NCBI GenBank assembly: GCA_964490075.1
Contig: CAZBBK010000058.1
Location: 1 to 38,932 of the forward strand
Length of the DNA: 38,932 nucleotides
Direction: 5' to 3'
DNA from: an uncultured Gemmatimonadota bacterium
GTDB lineage: Bacteria; GCA-2686955
The position numbers were made by a program, and so were the translations under genes. The stretch's first letter is position 1, and every line of letters starts with the position of its first letter. Shown here in pieces: positions 1-8,485 of this stretch. The notes under the pieces were generated by a model, which did not search any database, was not told the DNA's origin, and saw only the letters and a list, made by a program, of their open reading frames with translations.

Positions 1-1
1 A

Positions 2-1975
2 ATAGGTACGGGCACCACGGGCAACCACACCGCGATCTGCGAAGGCGGGAAGTGGGTTGCCCAGGAGCTCACCTGGGGAAAGCACTACGACGTCAACGAC
101 ATGGAGAACACGAAGTTCATCCTCAATTTCGGCTGCAACTTCTTCGAAACTCACACCAGCCATATTCCGCTGAGCCAACGCGCATCCGCTGCGGTCGATC
201 GAGGCGTACCGCTGTACACCTTCGACGTTCGGCTCTCAAATACCGCCGCGAACTCCAGTGAGTGGATTCCGATACGACCGGGGACCGATCTCGCGGTAAT
301 CCTGGCCATGTGCAAGGTGATCGTCGACGCCGACCTTGCCGATGATCGCTTCGTGAACGACTGGACCACGACGAACGTCACGGAGTTGAAGTCGCACCTG
401 GCCGACTATACGCCGGCATGGGCGGAGGGCATCTCGGGCGTCCCGGCTGAGACGATCCGGAAACTGGCTCTGGCATTCGCCAACAATCGTCCATCGACCG
501 TCGTCACCTATCGCGGAGCCGTCGCGCATCACAATGGCACCGAGTGCGAGCGGGCCGCACTGATGCTCGATGCGATCGTGGGAAATATCGATGTCCCAGG
601 AGGTCGATGCAAGGCGGTCGGCGCCAGTTGGAAGAACTCATTCAAGGCCCCCAGCGGCAAGAAGGCCATGCACCTCGGGGACGGCGGACACCACGAAGTG
701 GCGTTCCCAAACCACCACATGAGCCAGAGGGTGCTCGAAGGAATCGCTTCCGGTGAGCACGGCCGACCCGACATCTATCTTGTCTACTGTTACAATCCTG
801 CTTATGTGAATGGCGACTGCAAACGCAACATCGAGATTCTCAAGGACGAGAGCCTGATTCCATTCCTCGTCGTGAGCGATGTGGCCTTGAGCGAAACCGG
901 CGAGCTGGCGGATCTGTTGCTTCCCGATGCCACATACCTGGAGCGGTGGGATTGGGACAACATGGTCAGCTACAATATGATCCCAGAGTACTACATCCGC
1001 CAGCCTTTGATCGAACCGCTGGGAGAAGCAAGGAACTTCCCAGATGTGCTGGCGGAGGTCTGCACGAAGATCGGCAAACCGCCGACCTTCAGTACCATGG
1101 AGGAGTTCGTGCGCGACGCATGCGAGACCACGCCGGATGTGAAAGCAGCGGGTGGTTTCGATTACATGAAGAAGAAGGGCGTTCTCGTCCCTCCCGACGC
1201 GCAGCCCTCGTACCGCAAACACGAGAAGGAGCTGGACGGGGCCGAAATCGAGAAGAAGCTGACTTCCGGCGATTACGCCATCAACGATCAAGGCATGGTG
1301 TTCGAGCCCGCAAAGTGTGCCGACAAGAAGAGCCCGGGTTTGAAGGACTACAAAGCCGTCGTAGGGCAAAGGGTCAACGGGAAGTACTACGTCGGCTTCA
1401 AACAGGATTCGCATCATTGTCGCACGAGCTCGCTCTTGTGCATCAAGAGCGACCGCCTCGAGGATAAGGGCTTTCCAGGTCTTCCCACCTGGATGCCGAT
1501 TCCTGAGCACCAGAGCCTCGGTTCCGACCAACTGATCCTGACGAGTTACAAGACCGCGAACCAAACCCACTCGCGAACCCAGAACTGCAAGCTGCTCACC
1601 GAGATCTATCACGACAATCCTGCTCTCATCAATGTGAAGACAGCACGCGCGCTGGGGATCAAAGACGGGGCAGAGATCGAGGTCAGCTCTCCGGTCGGTT
1701 CGATCAGAATCGAGGCCCATGTCGTGGAGGGAATCGTCCCCGGGGTAATCGCCATTTCCAATCACTGCGGTCACTGGGCGTACGGAAGGTACGCATCCGG
1801 GAAGATCGAGGAAGCAGTGGTCGATGGTACGCATGCCGGCACCGATCCAGACACAGGCCGCATGTGGTGGAAGAAGCACGGCCAGCATCCCAATTGGGTG
1901 ATCGCCAATACGGCGGATCCGATCGGAGGGCAGTGGTGCAATATGGACACGGTTGTCTCGGTGAAGGCGGTCTAG
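2..1975 (+). CDS. Molybdopterin (Mo/W-bisPGD) oxidoreductase catalytic subunit, DMSO-reductase family, Psr/Phs/Arr/Ttr-like group; 5' end outside window
   Basis: Frame is open from base 2 (IGTGTTGNHTAICEGGKWVAQELTWG...), so the ATG at 101 is internal. HTAIC resembles the Cys Mo-ligand loop. Family motifs DVRLSNTA, WIPIRPGTD, WAEGISGVP, ADLLLPDATYLERW and C-terminal binding domain (HSRTQN, INxKTARALGIKDG). Confidence 0.93.
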   Translation: MGTGTTGNHTAICEGGKWVAQELTWGKHYDVNDMENTKFILNFGCNFFETHTSHIPLSQRASAAVDRGVPLYTFDVRLSNTAANSSEWIPIRPGTDLAVILAMCKVIVDADLADDRFVNDWTTTNVTELKSHLADYTPAWAEGISGVPAETIRKLALAFANNRPSTVVTYRGAVAHHNGTECERAALMLDAIVGNIDVPGGRCKAVGASWKNSFKAPSGKKAMHLGDGGHHEVAFPNHHMSQRVLEGIASGEHGRPDIYLVYCYNPAYVNGDCKRNIEILKDESLIPFLVVSDVALSETGELADLLLPDATYLERWDWDNMVSYNMIPEYYIRQPLIEPLGEARNFPDVLAEVCTKIGKPPTFSTMEEFVRDACETTPDVKAAGGFDYMKKKGVLVPPDAQPSYRKHEKELDGAEIEKKLTSGDYAINDQGMVFEPAKCADKKSPGLKDYKAVVGQRVNGKYYVGFKQDSHHCRTSSLLCIKSDRLEDKGFPGLPTWMPIPEHQSLGSDQLILTSYKTANQTHSRTQNCKLLTEIYHDNPALINVKTARALGIKDGAEIEVSSPVGSIRIEAHVVEGIVPGVIAISNHCGHWAYGRYASGKIEEAVVDGTHAGTDPDTGRMWWKKHGQHPNWVIANTADPIGGQWCNMDTVVSVKAV

Positions 1976-2003
1976 CCAGCTACCGTTTTCGAGTGGAGAA
2001 GTC

Positions 2004-2636
2004 ATGCTGACCAACGAGACCGGCGGCGCGGTGATTCAGGCGCGACTGCATTCCTATCGACTCTTCGCCCTGATCTTCAGACGAGAGCCGTCCGATGCAG
2101 ATATCGAGACTTTTCGCGCCGCCGGTTTCTTCGATCTCCTGGCCGATCATGGCGGCCCGACCCACGCCCGCGCGCTCAGCGCCAGTGAGCTCGCGGTCGA
2201 GTTCGCTCGGCTTTTCCTCGGACCGGGAGAGCACATCTCTCCCCACGAATCGGTCCATCGCAACGATCCAGGCAACGGCCAACTTTGGGGCGCAGCCACC
2301 GGGCAGGTGCGGGCCTTTGTAGAACGACTGGGTCTCAGCTATCGCGATTCGTTCGGAGAGCTGCCCGATCATATCTCCGCGGAGCTGGAGATCATGGCGC
2401 AACTCGTGGAGGCTCAAGCCCAAGCGTTGGACGCCGAAGACGAAGCAAAGCGGGATCATGCTCTCGCGGCGCAGAAGTGGTTCTTCGGCGAACATCTCGG
2501 TCGCTGGGGAGCAACCTTCTTGAAAAAGGTGCAGGCTGCATCGTCCGAGGCCTTCTACGGCGCTACCGCGTCGATTGCGATCGACTTCTTGGAGATGGAG
2601 GCGGAACTTCTCTTGGAAGATGAGCAATCGGCGTGA
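2004..2636 (+). CDS. TorD/DmsD-family redox enzyme maturation chaperone
   Basis: EFARLFLGP, SPHESV, ELPDHISAELE (E-P-D-H motif), EHLGRW; directly after the Mo enzyme; GGAG upstream. Confidence 0.92.
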   Translation: MLTNETGGAVIQARLHSYRLFALIFRREPSDADIETFRAAGFFDLLADHGGPTHARALSASELAVEFARLFLGPGEHISPHESVHRNDPGNGQLWGAATGQVRAFVERLGLSYRDSFGELPDHISAELEIMAQLVEAQAQALDAEDEAKRDHALAAQKWFFGEHLGRWGATFLKKVQAASSEAFYGATASIAIDFLEMEAELLLEDEQSA

Positions 2637-3532
2637 GTCCGTCTCCAACCGCCCATATCTGGCCGTTGATCGGGGTCGTCCTTTTCGTGATCGGATCGGC
2701 CTGGGTCGGACTGCGTGCGATGGCGCCCGATGACTTTGGCGAACTGGGGCCATTCCGCACCTCCGCATTGACCGAGGAACGCGCCAAGGAGATCGGCTTT
2801 GTGGGTGCCGAGACTTGTGGGTCCAACGACTGCCATCCGCAGCGTCTGGCGGACTGGACCCTACACGGGCACAGCACGGTCAGCTGCGAAATCTGCCACG
2901 GCATGATGCCCGGCGCGCATGCCGCTCTCGACGCCGAGCGGCAACCCGCCCTCGCCATGAATATGCCGAGTGGCGATGACTTCTGTCTGCCCTGTCACGA
3001 GAGGCTTCACGGAAAACCCTCCGTCTTCGATGTAATCGACATAGACCAGCACTATTCCGAACGCCGTCTGGAAAGGGACAAGGTAGGCTGCATCATCTGC
3101 CATCCGCCCCATTGGCCGCGCGTCGAGCCGACTGGTTGCGGTACCTCCGGTTGCCACGAGCGACGCACCGAGATTGTCCACTTCGCGGAGCACCGATTCG
3201 TAACCTGTGTCGCCTGCCACGGCGTCTCACTGCCCGCCCACGCCTTGCTGATCGATGGAAAGCCCTCGCTCGAGATGCCTACGCATGGCCAAGACGACCT
3301 ATTCTGCGAGAGTTGTCACCCAGACCCGCGAAGCCTCGACAAGCATGCCAAAGTTCTGACGAAGATGGAAACGACGCCCTGCATCAAATGCCATTCTCCG
3401 CACGATCCGGTAGGAAGCGCACGGATAGAAGGTTTGAGAGACGAATCAGCGAGAACGGCGGAACCTGAAGGGGAGGATGGATTCGAGGATTGGGAGGAGT
3501 GGGAGGAGTGGGAGGAATGGACCGATGGCTGA
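2633..3532 (+). CDS. Membrane-anchored multiheme cytochrome c (6 CXXCH + 2 CX4CH, likely octaheme)
   Basis: N-terminal hydrophobic helix; CGSNDCH, CEICH, CLPCH, CIICH, CGTSGCH, CVACH, CESCH, CIKCH; GTGA overlap with the TorD stop. Confidence 0.9.
   Translation: MSPSPTAHIWPLIGVVLFVIGSAWVGLRAMAPDDFGELGPFRTSALTEERAKEIGFVGAETCGSNDCHPQRLADWTLHGHSTVSCEICHGMMPGAHAALDAERQPALAMNMPSGDDFCLPCHERLHGKPSVFDVIDIDQHYSERRLERDKVGCIICHPPHWPRVEPTGCGTSGCHERRTEIVHFAEHRFVTCVACHGVSLPAHALLIDGKPSLEMPTHGQDDLFCESCHPDPRSLDKHAKVLTKMETTPCIKCHSPHDPVGSARIEGLRDESARTAEPEGEDGFEDWEEWEEWEEWTDG
3491..3520 (+). repeat. 9-bp tandem repeat (TGGGAGGAR)x3+TGG encoding WEE repeats and containing repeated GGAGG
   Basis: tgggaggag tgggaggag tgggaggaa tgg read directly; last GGAGG lies 9 nt before ATG 3525. 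Confidence 0.9.
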
Positions 3533-4295
3533 TCGCCGGGAGTTCATGAAGATCACGGCCCGTACCTTCGCTGCCGGCCTCGTATCGTATTCTTTGGTGC
3601 TGCGGATGCCCAGGCTCGCGAAGGGCATCGTACCGGCATCCGGAGCTCCGATCGAGGACTTCGAGGAACATCTATGCAATTTTGTTGTCGATACGACAAA
3701 ATGCATCGGTTGCGGATCGTGCGTACGATCGTGTCGATCTGAAAATCATGTACCGGACAGGTACTACCGAACCTGGGTCGAGCGCTACACCGATTCTGAG
3801 GATCAATCGCTTTTTGTCGACTCTCCCAGCGGAGGCGAACACGGATTCCTGAGTGCGCCCCGCATCAAGGGCCGCAATCCGAAAGCTTTTTTCGTTCCCA
3901 AGCTCTGCAACCAGTGCGAGAAACCCACCTGCACCCAGGTTTGTCCAGTCAGCGCCACGTATCACACTCCAGGCGGAGTGGTGCTGGTAGACCAAGATCG
4001 CTGCATCGGCTGCGGGTACTGTGTGCAAGCCTGTCCCTATGAGGCCAGGTACATCGACCATGCGACCGGCACCGCCGATAAATGCACCTGGTGTTACCAC
4101 CGCATCACGAGCCGTCTTTCTCCGGCCTGCGTCTTGAACTGTCCAACAGGCGCGCGTTCGTTTACCACCCATGTGCATGGAAAGCCGTGCACCGCCTGTG
4201 AGCTTCTGAAGACCGAAAGGTACGACGTGCTGAAGGAAGAGCTCGGCACCAACCCGCAGGTCTACTACCTCGGATTCAACAGGGAGGTTCGCTGA
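3525..4295 (+). CDS. 4x[4Fe-4S] electron-transfer subunit (NrfC/PsrB/CbcT-like) with Tat signal
   Basis: MADRREFMK twin-arginine motif at ATG 3525; CIGCGSCVRSC, CNQCEKPTCTQVCP, CIGCGYCVQACP, CTWC...PACVLNCP. Confidence 0.93.
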   Translation: MADRREFMKITARTFAAGLVSYSLVLRMPRLAKGIVPASGAPIEDFEEHLCNFVVDTTKCIGCGSCVRSCRSENHVPDRYYRTWVERYTDSEDQSLFVDSPSGGEHGFLSAPRIKGRNPKAFFVPKLCNQCEKPTCTQVCPVSATYHTPGGVVLVDQDRCIGCGYCVQACPYEARYIDHATGTADKCTWCYHRITSRLSPACVLNCPTGARSFTTHVHGKPCTACELLKTERYDVLKEELGTNPQVYYLGFNREVR

Positions 4296-4297
4296 TC

Positions 4298-5494
4298 ATG
4301 GAAGAGCTGATCGGCTTCCACTATCCGAATGAGCGGATCTACTGGTCATTCATGATCGTGCTCTACCCGTACCTCACGGGTCTGGTGGCCGGTGCTTTCA
4401 TCACTTCTTCCCTTTATCACGTCTTCAATGTCGAAGCCCTGCGCCCCGTCGCACGGATGAGTCTACTAGCCTCCCTCTGTTTTCTCGCATTCGCGACCAG
4501 CCCGCTACTCCTGCACCTGGGGCATCCGGAACGCGCGCTCAACATCATGATCACGCCGAATACCAGATCCGCCATGGCTGGTTTCGGTTTCATCTACATT
4601 GCATATGCCCTGGTGGTCGTAGCCGAGCTCTGGTTCAGCTATCGTGCTGACTGTATTCGTTGGGCGAATGAGGTCGAGCACGGCTCCGCGAAGCGCCGTA
4701 TCTATCGCATTCTCTCACTGGGAACTACCGACGTGAGTGATGCCGCGGTGGCCGTCGACCAAAAGGCGGTCCGGCTTCTGGCCGCCATCGGTATCCCGGT
4801 CGCCTGCATTTTGACCGGGTATGTCGGCTTTATGTTCGGGGCGGTCAAAGCGAATCACTGGTGGTCGACGGAGCTGATGCCGATCATCTTCATTCTCTCC
4901 GCCATCGTGAGCGGCATCGCGGTTCTGACCCTGATGTACCTTTTCTTGGCGTCCCGGGGGACACTGCCCTACGATAAAGACTGCGTTCGCGCGCTGGTGC
5001 GTTATCTGTGGTTCTTCCTCATCGTGGACGTCACGGTCGAAGGGCTCGAGTTCCTGAACATGGGGTACATGGGGGTGGAGGGCTGGACGCTCATTCGCTC
5101 TATGATTTTCGAGCGGCTGTTCCCCTCCCTCATCGTAATCCAGTTTCTCCTGGGTTCCATGGTGCCACTGGTGCTTCTCTGGCTGCCGTTGCAGCGGACA
5201 TTTGCTCTGAGGTCCGACAAGATCTTGGTTGGGATCTCGTGCATGCTGATTCTGGTGCAGGTGTTCGCCATGCGGTGGAATGTTGTGATCGGTGGCCAGA
5301 TATTGTCGAAGAGCCTCCGCGGATTGCTGCCTCTGCACGTGGAGGTGTTGGGCCGGGAGGGAATTCTCCTCGGAATGGTCGTGCTTGCGTTGCCCTTTGT
5401 GCTCTTTGCTGTCATCGCGCGTTTCTGCCCGCCCTGGGAGAACCACAACCACTCGACTTCCTCTGAAGCGCCGTCAACAGTATCTCAGGGCTGA
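4298..5494 (+). CDS. NrfD/PsrC-family quinol-interacting membrane anchor
   Basis: Many TM helices; YPYLTGLVAGAF, LHLGHPER, MRWNVVIGGQ; GGAGG upstream; follows the Fe-S subunit. Confidence 0.92.
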   Translation: MEELIGFHYPNERIYWSFMIVLYPYLTGLVAGAFITSSLYHVFNVEALRPVARMSLLASLCFLAFATSPLLLHLGHPERALNIMITPNTRSAMAGFGFIYIAYALVVVAELWFSYRADCIRWANEVEHGSAKRRIYRILSLGTTDVSDAAVAVDQKAVRLLAAIGIPVACILTGYVGFMFGAVKANHWWSTELMPIIFILSAIVSGIAVLTLMYLFLASRGTLPYDKDCVRALVRYLWFFLIVDVTVEGLEFLNMGYMGVEGWTLIRSMIFERLFPSLIVIQFLLGSMVPLVLLWLPLQRTFALRSDKILVGISCMLILVQVFAMRWNVVIGGQILSKSLRGLLPLHVEVLGREGILLGMVVLALPFVLFAVIARFCPPWENHNHSTSSEAPSTVSQG

Positions 5495-5702
5495 GCCCGC
5501 GCCGCCGCAGATCGACTGCATCCTCCTCTCAGCGCCGTCGCCGCGAACGCTCTCGTTTCGCGCGCGTTCTTTGGAACCCACATTCGGCGCTGTGCGCGTG
5601 TCGCGATGGCATCCTGCTCGATCGGCTGGCGGAAGATCTCGCTTTCCAGCTAGCGGGGGTTGCTGGAAGATTGCTATCGTTCGCGCTTTTGGAACCTGAT
5701 CG

Positions 5703-7454
5703 ATGCAGAGTCGAAAAGAAGCGCTGGTCCGCTCGGTGCTGGAGGCCTTGGGCACGCTGATCGAGGCTCCGCCGGCGCGGGCCGAGCTCGAATCGTGGGT
5801 CGCGACGCCGCCCGATCCGGCGCTGGGCGACCTGGCCCTGCCCTGCTTCAAGCTGGCCCCCTTGCTGCGGCGCGCCCCCGCGCAGATCGCGGCGGAGCTG
5901 GCGGCGGCCCTTCCGCTGCCCGAGGGGTTCCGCGAAGTGCGCGCCCAGGGGCCCTACCTGAACGCCTTTTTCGACGCCGGGAGCTTCGTGCACGAGGCCG
6001 TGGAGAGGGTGCGCCACGCCGGGCCCCTCTTCGGATCTTCCGACGAGGGCCAGGGCCGCAAGGTCTGCATCGACTACTCCTCACCGAACCTGGCCAAGCC
6101 CTTCCACGTCGGCCACCTGCGCTCGACCATCCTGGGCGCCACCCTGGCCCGGCTCTACGAGGCGCGCGGCTACTCGGTGTTCCGCGCCAACCACCTGGGC
6201 GACTGGGGCGTGCAGGTCGGCTACCAGATCCTCGGCTGGCAGCGCTGGGGCGATGATGGGCTCCTGGCCGAGCGGGGGATCGCCCACCTGACCGACCTCT
6301 ATGTGCGCATCAACGCGGCGGCGGCCGAAGATCAAGAGATCGACGCCGCGGCGCGCCGGCTCTTCCAGGAGCTGGAGGCGGGAGATCCGCGGCTGCTCGA
6401 CCTCTGGCGCCGCTTCCGCGAGGTGACGCTGGAGTCGCTACGCGGCAGCTACCGGCGGCTGGGTGCCACCTTCGACTCCTTCGAGGGCGAGGCCTTTTGC
6501 GAGCGCGAGGGACTCTCGGAGGCGGTGGTGCACCGATTCACCGACGAGTTGGGGCTGGCCGAGGAGAGCCAGGGCGCGCTGGTAGTGCCGCTCGACGACG
6601 AGGAGCTGCCGCCCTTGATCCTGAAGAAGTCGGACGCCGCCAGCATCTACGCCACCCGCGATCTGGCGATGGCGATCTGGCGTTGGGATGAGTTCCACTT
6701 CGCCCACAACCTCTACGTGACCGACCAGCGCCAGGCGCTGCATTTCCGCCAGCTCTTCGCGGCCCTGGCCCGCGCCGGGTTCCCGTGGGCGGAACGCAAT
6801 CTGCACTTGCCCTTCGGTCTGGTGAAAATCGAGGAAGGCGGCCAGGTGCTGCCGATGAGCACCCGCTCCGGCAAGATGATCCGCCTGGAGGAGCTGCTCG
6901 ACCGCCTGGTGGCGGCGGTGCGGGTGATCGTGGAAGAGGAGACCGAGAAGCGCGCCGACCTGGATGCCGAGGAGATCGACGCGGTCTGCGAAGCGGTCGG
7001 CGTGGGCGCGGTGGTGTTCTGGACCCAGTCCAGGAGCCGCAACAGCGAGCTGGTCTTCGACTGGGACCGCGCCACCGATACCCGCGGCGCGAGCGGCCCC
7101 TACCTGCAGTACGCCCACGCCCGGCTCTGTGGAATCCTGCGCAAGCACGACGCCGCAGTCCCGGGCCCCGAGCAGGCCGCGCACCTCGATTCCGCCGAGG
7201 AGTTGGCCCTGGCCCGCGCGATGATGGAGTTTCCAGGCTGTCTGGAGAGAGCGACCCGGCTCGGCGAGCCCGCCCTGCTGGCGGAGTATCTGCTCGACCT
7301 CGCGTCGACCTTCTCGACCTTCTACAACCGGCACCGGGTGCTCCGGCAGGAGCCGGCGATTACGGCGGCCCGCGTTCGCCTGGTCGACGCGATCCGCATC
7401 GTGCTCGCCCGCGGGCTCGAAATCCTCGGTATGGCGGCCCCGGATCGGATGTAG
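5703..7454 (+). CDS. argS: Arginine--tRNA ligase
   Basis: DYSSPNLAKPFHVGHLRSTILG (HIGH-like), NHLGDWG, YATRDLA, MSTRSG, GPYLQYAHAR, DALR-type C-terminus. Confidence 0.97.
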   Translation: MQSRKEALVRSVLEALGTLIEAPPARAELESWVATPPDPALGDLALPCFKLAPLLRRAPAQIAAELAAALPLPEGFREVRAQGPYLNAFFDAGSFVHEAVERVRHAGPLFGSSDEGQGRKVCIDYSSPNLAKPFHVGHLRSTILGATLARLYEARGYSVFRANHLGDWGVQVGYQILGWQRWGDDGLLAERGIAHLTDLYVRINAAAAEDQEIDAAARRLFQELEAGDPRLLDLWRRFREVTLESLRGSYRRLGATFDSFEGEAFCEREGLSEAVVHRFTDELGLAEESQGALVVPLDDEELPPLILKKSDAASIYATRDLAMAIWRWDEFHFAHNLYVTDQRQALHFRQLFAALARAGFPWAERNLHLPFGLVKIEEGGQVLPMSTRSGKMIRLEELLDRLVAAVRVIVEEETEKRADLDAEEIDAVCEAVGVGAVVFWTQSRSRNSELVFDWDRATDTRGASGPYLQYAHARLCGILRKHDAAVPGPEQAAHLDSAEELALARAMMEFPGCLERATRLGEPALLAEYLLDLASTFSTFYNRHRVLRQEPAITAARVRLVDAIRIVLARGLEILGMAAPDRM

Positions 7455-7491
7455 TCTGCCCCCTTTTCCAACCCCTAACGGAGAGCTCCCC

Positions 7492-8085
7492 ATGCTTGGA
7501 TCCAGAGCAGCCTTGCTGGCGGCCGCGGCGGTCGGCGGCGCGCTTCTGCTGGGACCCCTCGTTCAGGCGCCGCAGGCCCTCGCCGCCGAGCGCGCCTTGG
7601 TCGGCGTGAAGAAGTGCAAGATGTGTCATAAGAAGGCCGACAAAGGGAACCAGTTCGGCCAGTGGCAGCAGTCGGACCACGCCGGGGCCTACCTGACCCT
7701 GGGCACCGACAAGGCCAAGCAGGCCGCCGCGACGCTGGGGATCGACGACCCCCAAAGCTCGCCGAAGTGCCTCGAATGCCACGTGACCGCCTTCGGAGTG
7801 ATGGACGACATCGCGCAGCAGAAGATCACGCTCGAAGAGGGAGTCTCCTGCGAGTCCTGCCACGGCGCCGGGGGCGACTACTACAAGAAGAAGACGATGC
7901 AGGGAATCGCCGACGGCAAGGTCGACCGCGCCTCGGTCGGCCTGACCAAGCCCGACGCCGAAGTCTGCGCCCGCTGCCACAACGAAGACAATCCCTTCCA
8001 CGAAGGCTTTGATTTCGAGTCGGCGTACGCCAAGATCGCCCATCCACGGCCCGAGAAGCCGGCGACGGGGACGGCCGGCGAGTAG
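7492..8085 (+). CDS. Periplasmic tetraheme cytochrome c, c554 family
   Basis: Signal peptide; VGVKKCKMCH, CLECH, GVSCESCHGAG, CARCH; QWxxSxH motif. Confidence 0.88.
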   Translation: MLGSRAALLAAAAVGGALLLGPLVQAPQALAAERALVGVKKCKMCHKKADKGNQFGQWQQSDHAGAYLTLGTDKAKQAAATLGIDDPQSSPKCLECHVTAFGVMDDIAQQKITLEEGVSCESCHGAGGDYYKKKTMQGIADGKVDRASVGLTKPDAEVCARCHNEDNPFHEGFDFESAYAKIAHPRPEKPATGTAGE

Positions 8086-8166
8086 AGTCCGGGCCCCCTC
8101 ACTCGACCCCTTTCCCGCGCGGCTCGAGTCGCGCCATTCCATTCGATTCGAAAGGCCTCGAAGACC

Positions 8167-8391
8167 ATGCAGAAGTCACTGGACAAAGAGATCTCCGAAA
8201 ACATCGGCATCGCCGCCGGCCTGGTCTGGCAGCATCTTCAGGAGAACGGCGAGGCGAGCCTGACCGCGCTGCGCAAGGCGATCAAGCTGGACCACGCATC
8301 GGCCGAGATGGGCCTGGGCTGGCTGGCGCGAGAAGGCAAGGTGAGCCTGGAACGCAACGGCCGCTCGACGCTCGCGCGTCTCATCCGCTAG
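8167..8391 (+). CDS. Small winged helix-turn-helix protein (DUF2582 family)
   Basis: IGxAAGxVWxxL...GLGWLAREGKV signature, 74 aa. Confidence 0.85.
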   Translation: MQKSLDKEISENIGIAAGLVWQHLQENGEASLTALRKAIKLDHASAEMGLGWLAREGKVSLERNGRSTLARLIR

Positions 8392-8485
8392 CGCGCCTTT
8401 TTCGATCACCAGCGCCGCGCGAGCGCGCCGCTCGGGGCTAAGCTCTCTTGCAGATCCTCCACGTCGATCTCAAGGAGCCTGAGCC

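Noticed and set aside
1-5494. Selenocysteine or pyrrolysine readthrough in the redox operon
   Set aside because: All stops fall at natural protein ends next to downstream starts, and the putative Mo ligand codon is TGC.
5495-5702. Possible riboswitch, T-box or tRNA before argS
   Set aside because: Only a short imperfect hairpin near 5644-5669; no T-box consensus or cloverleaf recognisable.
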